This document shows positions 1-9,901 of a stretch of 46,101 nucleotides of DNA, in pieces. A program made the translations under genes and the position numbers. The stretch is from Planctomycetota bacterium (GTDB lineage: Bacteria; Planctomycetota; PUPC01; DSUN01), in the NCBI GenBank assembly GCA_016872855.1, contig VGYV01000001.1, positions 1 through 46,101 on the forward strand, in the 5' to 3' direction. The notes under the pieces are model-generated. The model was given only the letters and a program-made list of their open reading frames with translations. It was not told the DNA's origin and did no database searches. Position 1 is the stretch's first letter; every line of letters starts with the position of its first letter.

Positions 1-582
1 TACAACATCGACCCCGGAGCTTGGACGAAAGCGGAGGGATCGAGTGCCGGCGGCAAGGATGCCTACCAGGTGGCCGAGTACTTCCCGGAGATGAAGGCGT
101 TCATCTACGAGGCCAACTGGGGCCGGGCGCTCAAGGCCTGGGACGTCGAGAAGAAAGCCGAGCGCCGGCTGGGATCGTATCCCTTCGGCATTCACGGGGT
201 TATGGAGTACAACCCGGTTCACAAGGTCATGGTCTTCGGTCTCGGCGACGGCCAGGGGGATGCGGGTGCGACGGCCGTGTATCGCATGGACGCCCAGGGA
301 CGGGTTGACCGTTTGAAGCCGGCGCCGATCCACGTCAACTGCCGTGAGCAGAGCAAGTTGGTTTGCGATCCGGCGAGCGGCGAATTCCTGGTGCAGGAGT
401 TTCGGGCATCAGGGCGCGGCAAGGTCAACGCCTTCCATCCGATTCGGGACGAGTGGAAGGAGATTCCTGGCCTGGAATTCCCTGCCGGGCTGGGCGTAGC
501 GGTCGAGCCCCGCGGCGTGCTGATGTTCTGCGTCGGCGATGAGGTCTTCCTCTACAAGCACAAGCCGGCCTTCTCCCCCTGA
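1..582 (+). CDS. hypothetical protein, C-terminal part (5' end outside window)
   Basis: Frame 1 is open from base 1 (YNIDPGAWTKAEG...) to the TGA at 580-582, the same frame as track ORF 70..582. No family recognised. Confidence 0.55.
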   Translation, partial: YNIDPGAWTKAEGSSAGGKDAYQVAEYFPEMKAFIYEANWGRALKAWDVEKKAERRLGSYPFGIHGVMEYNPVHKVMVFGLGDGQGDAGATAVYRMDAQGRVDRLKPAPIHVNCREQSKLVCDPASGEFLVQEFRASGRGKVNAFHPIRDEWKEIPGLEFPAGLGVAVEPRGVLMFCVGDEVFLYKHKPAFSP

Positions 583-699
583 GCGGCGCCGAGCGCTCCA
601 CCGCCGTTGGCCCACTTCCCAACCGGCGGGAGTTGGCAATCGCGCTGGGGGCCGAACGGGCGCTCGACCCGGCGGCCTACGATGCTGGCCTCGAAATCA

Positions 700-1039
700 A
701 ACCTTCTCCTCGTTCTGCGCCTGAGCCACCATGCGGAAGATGAGTTCAGAGTCGACCTCGGCGGCCCGGGGCATGGTGAGAGGGTCTCCCGCGACCTGGG
801 GTAAGGCCAGGATGGTGCCTTGTGCCAGAACTTGCCAACTTCGAGCATCAAGTGATGGGTTCTCGTGTCCCGCGGGGTCCCTCTGTGTCCCGATTTCCTG
901 TGCCGCTAAGCCGATCTCGGCCGGAATCATAACCGTGGAAACACCAAGACCCTACGGTCATAAGTGGCTGTAGGGTCTTGGGTTGCTTGTATGGCGCGCC
1001 CGGAGGGACTCGAACCCCCAACCGTAGGCTTCGAAGGCC
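700..1039. repeat. R1, ~340-bp direct repeat; partner R2 at 36362..36693
   Basis: Aligns by eye with 36362-36693, roughly 85% identical in the right 240 bp and weaker with indels to the left. It contains a tRNA 3' fragment and a conserved 10-bp hairpin. On the minus strand it carries a 25-codon stub (774..697, MPRAAEVDSELIFRMVAQAQNEEKV) that resembles the N-terminus of an ECF sigma factor. Confidence 0.8.
946..979 (-). terminator. hairpin immediately 3' of the tRNA fragment
   Basis: AAGACCCTAC / GTAGGGTCTT form a 10-bp stem with a 14-nt loop. The R2 copy (36600..36633) has the same stem but a different loop. There is no U-tract. Confidence 0.4.
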
Positions 1040-1042
1040 TAC
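992..1042 (-). pseudogene. 3' fragment of a tRNA-Arg(UCG)-like gene (anticodon arm to CCA)
   Basis: The minus strand reads GTAGGC-CTTCGAA-GCCTAC-GGTT-GGGGG-TTCGAGT-CCCTC-CGGGCGC-G-CCA. The required 5' acceptor strand GCGCCCG and a D-arm are absent from the adjacent sequence. Confidence 0.7.
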
Positions 1043-1144
1043 GATCTGTCCCGCTGCCGTGGTTCCCACCCTATTGTGCTGCCTGCTCTTCGGTGCTAAA
1101 ATGCAACGCTAGCGGGAGCCGTCTCGGCCGAGAGGAGGCGGGCT

Positions 1145-4100
1145 ATGCGATGCCTTTGGCTGGTGGGGGCGCTCGGGGCCGCGCTGGCTGCTCAGGCGGC
1201 CTCGCTTGAGCGCGACGCGCACAGGTGGGTCATAGAGGCCGAGCACTTCGTAGGGCTGGTGCTCTACCCCTTCGATAACCCCGGCCTCGGGAGATGGTAC
1301 GCTCGGGAGGCGAACTGCCGGGCTTACGGAGCGCCTGGACGAGGGGCCATCGCGGCGGTCCACGACACGGCCCCTCCCGCGGCCAGAACCATCTCGAAGT
1401 CCCTCGCACCGCCCATCCCGCCGGGGAAGTACAAGGTCAGCCTCCGCGTCGCGGGAACCCAGTGGCACGACAGGGAGAACATCGTGCGGCTGGGCATCGG
1501 GGAAGCGCCGCCCGTTGACTTCAAGTGGACCTGGCAGGGGAGGTTCGCATGGCTGCCGCTCCAGGAGGTCGAGCTGAAGCAGCCAGCCGCGAGTCTCTCC
1601 CTGACGGCGGCGCAGTTCGGCGGGAAAGGCCTCCGCATCCTGTACGAATGCCAGGCACGCTCCCTGTGGGTCGACTCGATCTACCTCACGTCGGACCTCT
1701 CCGAGACGCAGGGGCCGTCGCTGGCCCTGGAGCGATGCATCGTTCAGGGCCGCCCGCTTGCCAACGAGGTGCTGAGCGGCCGGACGCCGCTCCTCGACGT
1801 CCGGCCCATCGAGCAGTACGAGACACCCGCGCCAAAAGCCATGCCCGTTGCCGCCCTCATTGAGCTGCGCTCGTTCGATGGGCGGAAGAACCTCCTGCCG
1901 AACTCCAGCTTCGAGCTTGGCCTCCCCGACGGCTGGGCCGCCTGCAACCTGTCCTACACTTACTGTCATATCTTCTCGAAGCGCGACGAGGAGGCGAAGC
2001 AGCCGTTCCACGGCCGCTACTGCCTCCACGTGCCGGCAGGCTCCAACGCGTTCTCGCGAGTCTACGAGCTGAAGCAGGGGGGCGAGATGACCCTCTCGGC
2101 CTACGTCCGCGGCGAGGCCGGCGGGAAGGTCAGCCTCGACCTCATCCCCATTGACGCGCAGAAGAACCGCGGCCCGAAGCCGCTGCTCAGCGTCCCATGC
2201 ACCCTCTCCCCGGATTGGCAACGGTTCAGCGCTCGCGGCAACGTGCCGGCGGGCCTGGTCGCGCTCCAGGTGCGCAACGGCCCCGAGCTTTGGCTCGACG
2301 GGGTGCAACTGGAGCCTGGCGAGCTGAGCGCCTATGCCCCCCGCGCGGAGATCGAGGGCGCGCTCTCGACCGACGGCGCCCTTGGGAACATCCTCTACGA
2401 TGAGGGCAACCCCCAGCTCCATGCCCGCTTCCACAACAGCGGGGGAGCGCCCCAGAGAGCCTCGCTCCGCTTTCGCGTCGTGGACGTGGCCGAGCGGGTG
2501 GTCGGCGAGGCGGCCACCGAGCCTGTGACCGTCCCCGGCGGCCAGACGGTCGCCGCCCCGCTCCCTCTCGGCCCGGCGCGAAGGGGGCTGTTCAGCGCGA
2601 CCTATTGGCTGGACGGCCGCGACCGGCCAGATGGGGAGCTGGTCTACGCCATCCTGCCGACTCCGCCGCGCGGCGAGACCCGCCACCAATTGGGCGCAAA
2701 CATGGACACCCTCCCCGCGGCCTACGAGCTGATGAGCCGCTTCGGCTTCCGATGGCAGCTCTACTGCAAAATCCCGGCCACCGCCGCCGCGACCGTCCGC
2801 AAGGCCCCTGCGGAGTGGAACTTCCCGGACGCCCAGCTCGGGCTCGGCCAACGCTTCGGGCTGAAGACCCTCCCGTGCCTCTGGCCCACCCGCGTGCCAG
2901 ACCACATGGCCGACCCAACCCGCAAGGAGGGCTCGACCAAGGAGGTGACACGCAAGCTCAATGTCCCGTATCCCAGGCTCGACCTCTGGGAGGAGTTTGC
3001 CGAGAAGATGGCTGCGCGATACCGGGGCGTAATCGGCGCCTGGACGGTCGAGGATGAGACCGAGATGTATTACACGGCCGGCGATTTCGCCCCGATCCTG
3101 GAGGCCACAGTGCGGGGAGTCCGCCGGGCCGACCCAAAGCTCCGCGTGACTCTCAGCGGCGTGCCCGACTACACCGAAGAGCTCCTGACCCACATCGCTC
3201 CGGGGCAGGTCAACGGCTTCGGGGCCTCCAGCTACGGGCTGGAGCACTGGGAGAGCCGCAAGATTCGCCACCTTAAGAAGCGCTTCGGCGCCTCCTGGTA
3301 CTGCATCGGCGTCGGTGCCGACCGCCAGCCGACCCTCTACCACACCCTCCCCGGCTATCGCCCGGCCTACTGGAGCGCCGCGAAGACCGCACGCGAGCTG
3401 GTCTATCTCTCGGTAGTCCAGGATGCCGACGCCATCGGCCACTACACCGGGCGCCTCTGGAACCGCACCGGCCACTACAACACCGACTTCCCGCTGATGG
3501 ACTACGACGGCACTCCGCTCCCCCACGGCTTCTCATACGCGTGTGTCGGCCTTCTCCTGGCGAACGCCGAGCCCCTCGGCGACGTGCCTGTGGGTGACCT
3601 TGGCATAGTTGCCTATCTCTTCCGCGTTGGCGGGCGGCTCGGGGCGGCCACGTGGGCCACAGCGGTGCCCAAGTACGACCAGCACTGGAAGCCCGCAAGG
3701 CGCCGGTTCGCCAACCTTATCGTCCCCTCGGCCCAGCGCGGCGACCTCGAGGTCCTCGACATGCACTGGAATCCCCGTGAGGACGTCCGCTGGACGACGG
3801 GCGGCGCCAGCTTTCACCTTGACGAAGCGCCCACCTTCCTCCTCAACGCCAGGCTCCCTGAGGAGAAGTTTCTCGCCACATTGCGGGCCGCGACGGCCGA
3901 CCCCGAGCCCTTGCGCGTCCGCCTCGCCTTCGTTCCCGATGGCAGGGGGAGCGCCGACCTTGGTGTCTTCGCAAGGAACCAGACCAAGGGGCCGCTGGGC
4001 AACCTCAAGCTCGACGCAAGAGTCCCCTACGACAAGCTCCTCTCGAAGACCGAGTGGATGCTGAAGTCGGCCCAAGGGGAGCTGGGGACGCTTCAGCCCG

Positions 4101-4849
4101 GCCGCCAGGCCATCGGCCGCCTGCCACTCCTTGCCGACCCGGGGATGCCCATCGAGAACGCCACTTTCCAGGTCTCCGTGGTGGAGGAGAATGGCACCGA
4201 GCACGCGGTTGACGATGTCCTATGGCTCGCCTGGGCGCCCCGCAGCCCCAAAGGTCTGAAGATTGACGGGGACCTGCGGGAGTGGGCGGCGCGCTCGGCG
4301 GCGTGGATTCACATCACCTGGGCGTGGGGACGATTCGGGCGCGACTACTGCCAGATCCACGACGGCGGCGAGCACTTCTCATACTGCACGAAGACCGACA
4401 TCCGGGCGGCGGCCTGGGCCGCATACGACGACGAGCGCCTCATCCTGGCCTTCCGCGTGGACGACGACCAGGTGCTCCTCCCCGACGAAAAGATCGTCGT
4501 GAAGCTCGACACGGACCTCCTCGGCGACTTCAACACGCCGCCGAACGCTGACGACTATGTCGTCACCCTCATCCCGCGTCGGGACGGCAAGGTGGAGGCC
4601 AAGCTCGCCCGGGCCGGCAACGAGAAGTCCATCACGGACGCCGCGGCAAGGGTGGACGAGGGGGGCTACTCCATCGAGGTGGCTATTCCGCTCAACGAGT
4701 TGGGCAGTGTGAAGCCGAAGCCAGGCGAGGCGATTGGCTTCGACTTCTTCGTCCACGATGCCGACATGGAGGAGAGCGCGAAGGCGCTGGGCGCCGTCCG
4801 CTGGGCTGGACAGTGCAAGACGACGGGCCAGCTCTTCTTCACCCGGTAA
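1145..4849 (+). CDS. large secreted protein with CBM4/9-type and C-terminal CBM9-like carbohydrate-binding regions (glycoside-hydrolase-like)
   Basis: 1234-aa ORF with GAGGAGG 6 nt before the ATG. The N-terminus MRCLWLVGALGAALAAQAAS looks like a signal peptide. An NLLPNSSFELG...W motif is typical of CBM4_9, and the C-terminal 200 aa resemble CBM9/DOMON-like sugar-binding modules. Confidence 0.8.
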   Translation: MRCLWLVGALGAALAAQAASLERDAHRWVIEAEHFVGLVLYPFDNPGLGRWYAREANCRAYGAPGRGAIAAVHDTAPPAARTISKSLAPPIPPGKYKVSLRVAGTQWHDRENIVRLGIGEAPPVDFKWTWQGRFAWLPLQEVELKQPAASLSLTAAQFGGKGLRILYECQARSLWVDSIYLTSDLSETQGPSLALERCIVQGRPLANEVLSGRTPLLDVRPIEQYETPAPKAMPVAALIELRSFDGRKNLLPNSSFELGLPDGWAACNLSYTYCHIFSKRDEEAKQPFHGRYCLHVPAGSNAFSRVYELKQGGEMTLSAYVRGEAGGKVSLDLIPIDAQKNRGPKPLLSVPCTLSPDWQRFSARGNVPAGLVALQVRNGPELWLDGVQLEPGELSAYAPRAEIEGALSTDGALGNILYDEGNPQLHARFHNSGGAPQRASLRFRVVDVAERVVGEAATEPVTVPGGQTVAAPLPLGPARRGLFSATYWLDGRDRPDGELVYAILPTPPRGETRHQLGANMDTLPAAYELMSRFGFRWQLYCKIPATAAATVRKAPAEWNFPDAQLGLGQRFGLKTLPCLWPTRVPDHMADPTRKEGSTKEVTRKLNVPYPRLDLWEEFAEKMAARYRGVIGAWTVEDETEMYYTAGDFAPILEATVRGVRRADPKLRVTLSGVPDYTEELLTHIAPGQVNGFGASSYGLEHWESRKIRHLKKRFGASWYCIGVGADRQPTLYHTLPGYRPAYWSAAKTARELVYLSVVQDADAIGHYTGRLWNRTGHYNTDFPLMDYDGTPLPHGFSYACVGLLLANAEPLGDVPVGDLGIVAYLFRVGGRLGAATWATAVPKYDQHWKPARRRFANLIVPSAQRGDLEVLDMHWNPREDVRWTTGGASFHLDEAPTFLLNARLPEEKFLATLRAATADPEPLRVRLAFVPDGRGSADLGVFARNQTKGPLGNLKLDARVPYDKLLSKTEWMLKSAQGELGTLQPGRQAIGRLPLLADPGMPIENATFQVSVVEENGTEHAVDDVLWLAWAPRSPKGLKIDGDLREWAARSAAWIHITWAWGRFGRDYCQIHDGGEHFSYCTKTDIRAAAWAAYDDERLILAFRVDDDQVLLPDEKIVVKLDTDLLGDFNTPPNADDYVVTLIPRRDGKVEAKLARAGNEKSITDAAARVDEGGYSIEVAIPLNELGSVKPKPGEAIGFDFFVHDADMEESAKALGAVRWAGQCKTTGQLFFTR

Positions 4850-4902
4850 CGACACAGCAGCCACTCGGGCGGCCGAATCTGCGCGCGCCCTACGCGCGCT
4901 AC

Positions 4903-5235
4903 TCATGTCGCTTGCGGGCGATGCGAGGCGATGCCTGGCGGTCCCTGGCGATTGCGCGTCAGGACGACAGGCCTTTGGCCGATGGGGACGGTGCGGAACT
5001 GCCGCTCCCCCTGGCCGCGGCGGATCACATGGCGGGAGCAGCACTGGGGGCAGCGCAGTGTCTGAGGGTCCTGCTCAATCCGGGAGATTGTTCGACCCCT
5101 TCGTACCTTGTCCCGACATGGCGGTAGCCCCGGGACCCAAAGCTCTGGCACAATAGGCTCGTGGACATGCTGCTGTCTCCTTCTCGACCTCTGCCTAAGT
5201 TCAGAGGAGACCAGCATGTCCACATTCCCCGTCAT
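4903..5235 (-). pseudogene. decayed ISL3-family transposase N-terminal fragment (zinc-ribbon region)
   Basis: The minus-strand peptide ...LRCPQCCSRHVIRRGQGERQFRTVPIGQRPVVLTRNRQ... fits the ISL3 zf pattern CPxC...R..R.lP..G.pv.L...RR. The preceding LG.PGY-like segment is in another frame (ORF 5025..5225), so the gene is frameshifted. It is also truncated, because no catalytic domain follows. Confidence 0.4.
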
Positions 5236-5295
5236 TGCAGGTACGCTTCAGTCGGATGAGCCCCCTTGGCTCGTGGGGACGCGCGCGAGCACCTC

Positions 5296-5324
5296 TTGCA
5301 GCCTGAGTTGCTGTGGTGTATAAT
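5296..5324 (+). promoter_or_regulatory. sigma70-type promoter with extended -10
   Basis: TTGCAG (5296-5301), 17-bp spacer ending in TG, then TATAAT (5319-5324). It lies 80 nt upstream of the receiver gene, which has a GGAAGGAGGAAGG SD. Confidence 0.55.
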
Positions 5325-5404
5325 GCAGCGGCAGAGGGGGGAGACGGCGGCGCGAGTCCCGTTCAGCTCCATGTGCGCATCGAGAGTGGAAGGAGGAAGG
5401 CGAG

Positions 5405-5794
5405 ATGGCGAACGAGCAGATCCTGATTGTGGACGACGACAAGGACTTGGTAACCACGCTAGCCACGGTGTTGGAGTCTGCGGGCTACCGTGTCAGCTCA
5501 GCAGCTAATGGGACGGAGGGGTGGAAGAAGGCACAGGAAAGCCGCCCCGATCTGGCCATCATTGACGTGATCATGGACACGGTTGGCGAAGGCGTCCGCC
5601 TCACCCACCGGTTTCGTTCAGACGACAAGCTGAGAAGCGTGCCGATCATCATGCTCACCGGGGTGAAGAAGAAGATGCGGATGGACCTTCGACCGCTCGA
5701 CGAGGAGGGGTACCTGTATCTGCCCGTTGACAAGTACATGGACAAGCCGGTGGACCCTCAGGCGCTATTGAGAGAGGTGGCGGGTCTGCTCTAG
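5405..5794 (+). CDS. stand-alone response-regulator receiver (CheY-like)
   Basis: ILIVDDDKD..., a phospho-acceptor context DLAIIDVIMD, and ...YMDKP. 129 aa with a strong SD. Confidence 0.85.
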   Translation: MANEQILIVDDDKDLVTTLATVLESAGYRVSSAANGTEGWKKAQESRPDLAIIDVIMDTVGEGVRLTHRFRSDDKLRSVPIIMLTGVKKKMRMDLRPLDEEGYLYLPVDKYMDKPVDPQALLREVAGLL

Positions 5795-5858
5795 CGTGCT
5801 GCCAACGGCCCGTCGTCCGCTGGCCGCATTGCCCCCAGAGGTTCTTGGCTCGTTGGGT

Positions 5859-5887
5859 TTGACAAGGGGTGGCAGACTGGGTATATG
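5859..5887 (+). promoter_or_regulatory. sigma70-type promoter in front of the sensor hydrogenase genes
   Basis: TTGACA (5859-5864), 17-bp spacer, TATATG (5882-5887). It lies about 45 nt upstream of the GTG at 5934. Confidence 0.5.
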
Positions 5888-5933
5888 TAGCGGTGTGCTT
5901 GGGGAACAATGCCCCGGCCGGGAAGGAGGGCCT

Positions 5934-6899
5934 GTGGCGAATCTCCTCTGGATTCAGGCCGTTTGCTGTGGCGGTGAGACAGTTTCGCTGCTGAACTCCG
6001 ACCACCCGAATCTCCAGGCGGCGATGCGTACTCTTGACGTGACAGTGCTATGGCACAGGTACCTCTACGACCACGGCAGGGGGAAGATGGAGCAGGTGCT
6101 GGATGAATGCGCCGCTGGTAAGCTGCACGTGGACCTGCTTGTGGTGGAGGGCGCAATGTATTCGAGGGCGCCACAGGCCGCAACCTGGGCGTCCGGCGGG
6201 CCATACACCGATTGGGTGCGCGCGATCTGTTCCATGGCGGACTATGCGGTTGCGGTTGGCACCTGCGCGTCTTTCGGCGGCATCATGGCCACCGGACGCA
6301 ACCCGATGGGAGCAACGGGGCTCCAGTACTGCCGAAGCGAGCCGGGGGGCCTGCTCGGTGCTGACTACCGCTCCCGCGCGGGGCTGCCCGTGGTGAACGT
6401 TCCTGGCTGCCCGGCCCACCCGGACTGGATAATAGGGACACTCTGGGCGCTGCGGAGCGGTCGGCTCAGGGAGGCAGATCTCGACCGTTTCAATCGGCCG
6501 CGGGTCTACTATGGCAAGCTGGCGCACCATGCCTGTCCTCGCAACGAGTACTACGAGTTCAAGGCCTCCGCCACCGCCTACTCTCAGCAAGGGTGCCTGT
6601 TCGAGAACTTGGGGTGCAAGGGAACGCTTTGCGAGTCGGACTGCAACGAGCGGCTGTGGCTGACGCGGACCGGGAGCTGCACGCGCGGAGGGTTCCCGTG
6701 TCTGTCATGCACATCGCCGGAGTTTCCCGACGGGTTTGCTCCGTTCTTCGAGACGGCGAAGCTGGGGGACATCCCGACGAGCCTTCCGCTCGATGTGCCC
6801 AAGGCGTGGTACGTGGGGATCAGCGGGCTGTCGAAGCTCGCGTGCCCTGAGCGGCTGCGACGGAACGCGGTGTCGTTCAAGCCCGTCCTGATTGAGTAG
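5934..6899 (+). CDS. hupU: [NiFe]-hydrogenase small subunit, cytoplasmic sensor type (HupU/HoxB-like)
   Basis: The GTG at 5934 is preceded by GGAAGGAGGG. The N-terminus is ANLLWIQAVCCGGE, and GTCASFGG and GCPAHPDW motifs are present. There is no twin-arginine signal peptide. Start chosen inside track ORF 5796..6899. Confidence 0.75.
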   Translation: MANLLWIQAVCCGGETVSLLNSDHPNLQAAMRTLDVTVLWHRYLYDHGRGKMEQVLDECAAGKLHVDLLVVEGAMYSRAPQAATWASGGPYTDWVRAICSMADYAVAVGTCASFGGIMATGRNPMGATGLQYCRSEPGGLLGADYRSRAGLPVVNVPGCPAHPDWIIGTLWALRSGRLREADLDRFNRPRVYYGKLAHHACPRNEYYEFKASATAYSQQGCLFENLGCKGTLCESDCNERLWLTRTGSCTRGGFPCLSCTSPEFPDGFAPFFETAKLGDIPTSLPLDVPKAWYVGISGLSKLACPERLRRNAVSFKPVLIE

Positions 6900-6912
6900 C
6901 CCGCCCCTCCGG

Positions 6913-6983
6913 GGCGGGAAGAATCCGCCTCGGAGAGGCGGGCTACTTGGCGGGAAGAATCCGCCTCGGAGAGGCGGGCTACT
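6913..6983. repeat. tandem duplication of a 35-bp unit (36-bp period) between the small and large subunit genes
   Basis: GGCGGGAAGAATCCGCCTCGGAGAGGCGGGCTACT occurs at 6913-6947 and 6949-6983, followed by a partial third CGGAGAGGC. Each unit holds the hairpin CCGCCTC-GGA-GAGGCGG and an SD-like GGAGAGG. Confidence 0.9.
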
Positions 6984-6998
6984 CGGAGAGGCCGGGGC

Positions 6999-8444
6999 AT
7001 GGCCACAAAGACGATCGTGTTTAGCCCCTTCGCGCGGCTGGAGGGGGACCTCCAGGTCAAGGTGGACGTGGAGGAGGGCCGGGTGGTGCGCGCGTACGCT
7101 TCGGGGACGCTCTACAGGGGTTTCGAGGCGCTGCTGCGGGGCCGCGACCCCCTGGATGCGATCGTCATCACCCCGCGCGTTTGCGGCCAGTGCGGGCTTG
7201 CCCACTCGGCCGCCTCCGCTGGCGCGATTCGCTCTCTCCTCGGAACCCAGATGCCGCCGAACGCCTACGTTGCGACAAACGTGATGCTGGCGATTGAGCT
7301 GGTGCTGAGCCACCTGGCCCACTTCTACCTCTCGTTCGCCCCGGACCTTGCAGAGCCTCCGTACGACGACGAGGCGACGCGGCGCTTCCTGCCCCTCAGA
7401 GGCAGTTCGTTCCTGGGCGCGCTTCGCGCCCGCGAGGAGATCCTCGGCGTCCTGGGGCTGTTTGCCGGCAAGTGGCCCAACACCCTCGCCATTCAGCCCG
7501 GCGGCACGACGAGACCGCTGGACGCGAGCGAGATCCGCAGGGCGCGGGGCCTCCTGGGCGAGTTCACGGAGTTCGTCAGGCAGCAGGTCATCGGCTGCGA
7601 GCCGGATGAGTGGCTGGCCCTGCGGAGCGCCTCGGACCTCGACGCCTGGCTCGGGGAAGGCGCGCACGCCGCGAGCGATGTGGGCGCCTTCGCCACCTTC
7701 TCTCTCAAGCAGGGGCTGGACAGGCTCGGGAAGTGGCCTGCCCGGTTCATGTCCAGCGGCGGCTGGCCTCGCGCGACAGGCGAAACCCTGATGAAGCCGG
7801 GCGCCTGCGAAGCGGACGGCGATGCCGCGGAGTTCTGCCCGGGCAAGATGCTCGAACACGTCAAGCACTCGTGGTACGACCCCTCCGAGGGCGGCGTTCA
7901 TCCATTCGATGGCGAGGGCGAGCCTGCCCCGGACCGCGCCGATGCCTATAGTTGGGCGAAGGCGCCGCGCTACGCGGGAGCGCCCGCGGAAGCCGGGCCG
8001 CTCGCACGGATGGTCAATGACGGCGACCCGCTGGTCGTGGGCCTGCTGAGGCGCCACGGTCCTTCGGCCTTCGTGCGCGAGATGGCCCGGCTGCACGAGA
8101 CCCTCCGCTTGCTGCGCCAGATCGGCATATGGCTGAACGAGGTGGCGCCCGAAGAACCGTTCTATCGAGAGACCCCACGGGTGGAGTCCGGCTCCGGGGT
8201 TGCGGTGGTGGAGGCCCCGCGTGGGACCCTCGGGCATTGGCTGCGGGCGGAGGGGGGCAAGATCCGCAACTACCAGATCATCACCCCCACCGGCTGGAAC
8301 CTCTCGCCCAGGGACTCTGAGGATCGCCCCGGGCCTCTGGAGATGGCCCTTGTGGGCACCCCGGTGCCGGACCTTGCGCGGCCGGTGGCGATTTCGCACG
8401 TCGTCAAGTCGTTCGACCCGTGCCTGTTCTGCACAGTGCACTGA
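6999..8444 (+). CDS. hupV: [NiFe]-hydrogenase large subunit, sensor type (HupV/HoxC-like), no C-terminal extension
   Basis: N-terminal RVCGQCGLAH (RxCGxCxxxH). The protein ends exactly at ...DPCLFCTVH-stop, so there is no cleavable tail, as in regulatory hydrogenases. Confidence 0.8.
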   Translation: MATKTIVFSPFARLEGDLQVKVDVEEGRVVRAYASGTLYRGFEALLRGRDPLDAIVITPRVCGQCGLAHSAASAGAIRSLLGTQMPPNAYVATNVMLAIELVLSHLAHFYLSFAPDLAEPPYDDEATRRFLPLRGSSFLGALRAREEILGVLGLFAGKWPNTLAIQPGGTTRPLDASEIRRARGLLGEFTEFVRQQVIGCEPDEWLALRSASDLDAWLGEGAHAASDVGAFATFSLKQGLDRLGKWPARFMSSGGWPRATGETLMKPGACEADGDAAEFCPGKMLEHVKHSWYDPSEGGVHPFDGEGEPAPDRADAYSWAKAPRYAGAPAEAGPLARMVNDGDPLVVGLLRRHGPSAFVREMARLHETLRLLRQIGIWLNEVAPEEPFYRETPRVESGSGVAVVEAPRGTLGHWLRAEGGKIRNYQIITPTGWNLSPRDSEDRPGPLEMALVGTPVPDLARPVAISHVVKSFDPCLFCTVH

Positions 8445-8446
8445 AC

Positions 8447-8490
8447 TAGCCCGCATTTCTCACCGCCCCGTCGGTGAGAAATGCGGGCTA
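8447..8490 (+). terminator. perfect 19-bp hairpin directly after the large subunit stop
   Basis: TAGCCCGCATTTCTCACCG - CCCCGT - CGGTGAGAAATGCGGGCTA. There is no T-tract. It shares the TAGCCCGC/GCGGGCTA ends with the 6897-6983 repeats. Confidence 0.45.
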
Positions 8491-8497
8491 GGAGCCT

Positions 8498-8546
8498 CGA
8501 GCGGCGAGCTTCGAGCCGCGAGCCAGGCCAGAAAGCTCGCCGCTCG
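8498..8546 (+). other. second intergenic hairpin (14-bp stem, 21-nt loop)
   Basis: CGAGCGGCGAGCTT ... AAGCTCGCCGCTCG. Confidence 0.4.
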
Positions 8547-8575
8547 TGGCTCGTGGCTGCGCATAGGAGTGTGGC

Positions 8576-9897
<1,322 letters not shown>

Positions 9898-9901
<4 letters not shown>

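Noticed and set aside
823-837. A TGGCA-N5-TGGCA sigma54-like motif on the minus strand, conserved in both R1 (823-837) and R2 (36477-36491).
   Set aside because: The GG to GC spacing is one nucleotide too short for a sigma54 promoter, and the -12 element is TGGC rather than TTGC.
1109-3526. Very long antisense ORFs opposite real genes: 1109..3526, 6705..8456, 14567..16879, 20314..22239, 23620..25056, 28192..29907 and 36581..40207, all on the minus strand.
   Set aside because: This is the typical stop-codon-poor shadow frame of a GC-rich genome. Their translations are low-complexity (R/G/A/P-rich). The opposite strand carries proteins with clear family motifs and SD sequences.
5796-5933. An upstream extension of the sensor small subunit (track start 5796) that might hide a Tat signal.
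   Set aside because: The extension has no RRxFxK motif. It overlaps the predicted TTGACA-17-TATATG promoter. A strong SD precedes the GTG at 5934, which lies right before the conserved N-terminal Cys motif.
6913-6983. A possible CRISPR array, considered for the tandem 36-bp repeats here and for the heptad arrays at 26633-26731.
   Set aside because: There are only two to three contiguous units with no unique spacers, and no cas genes in the window.
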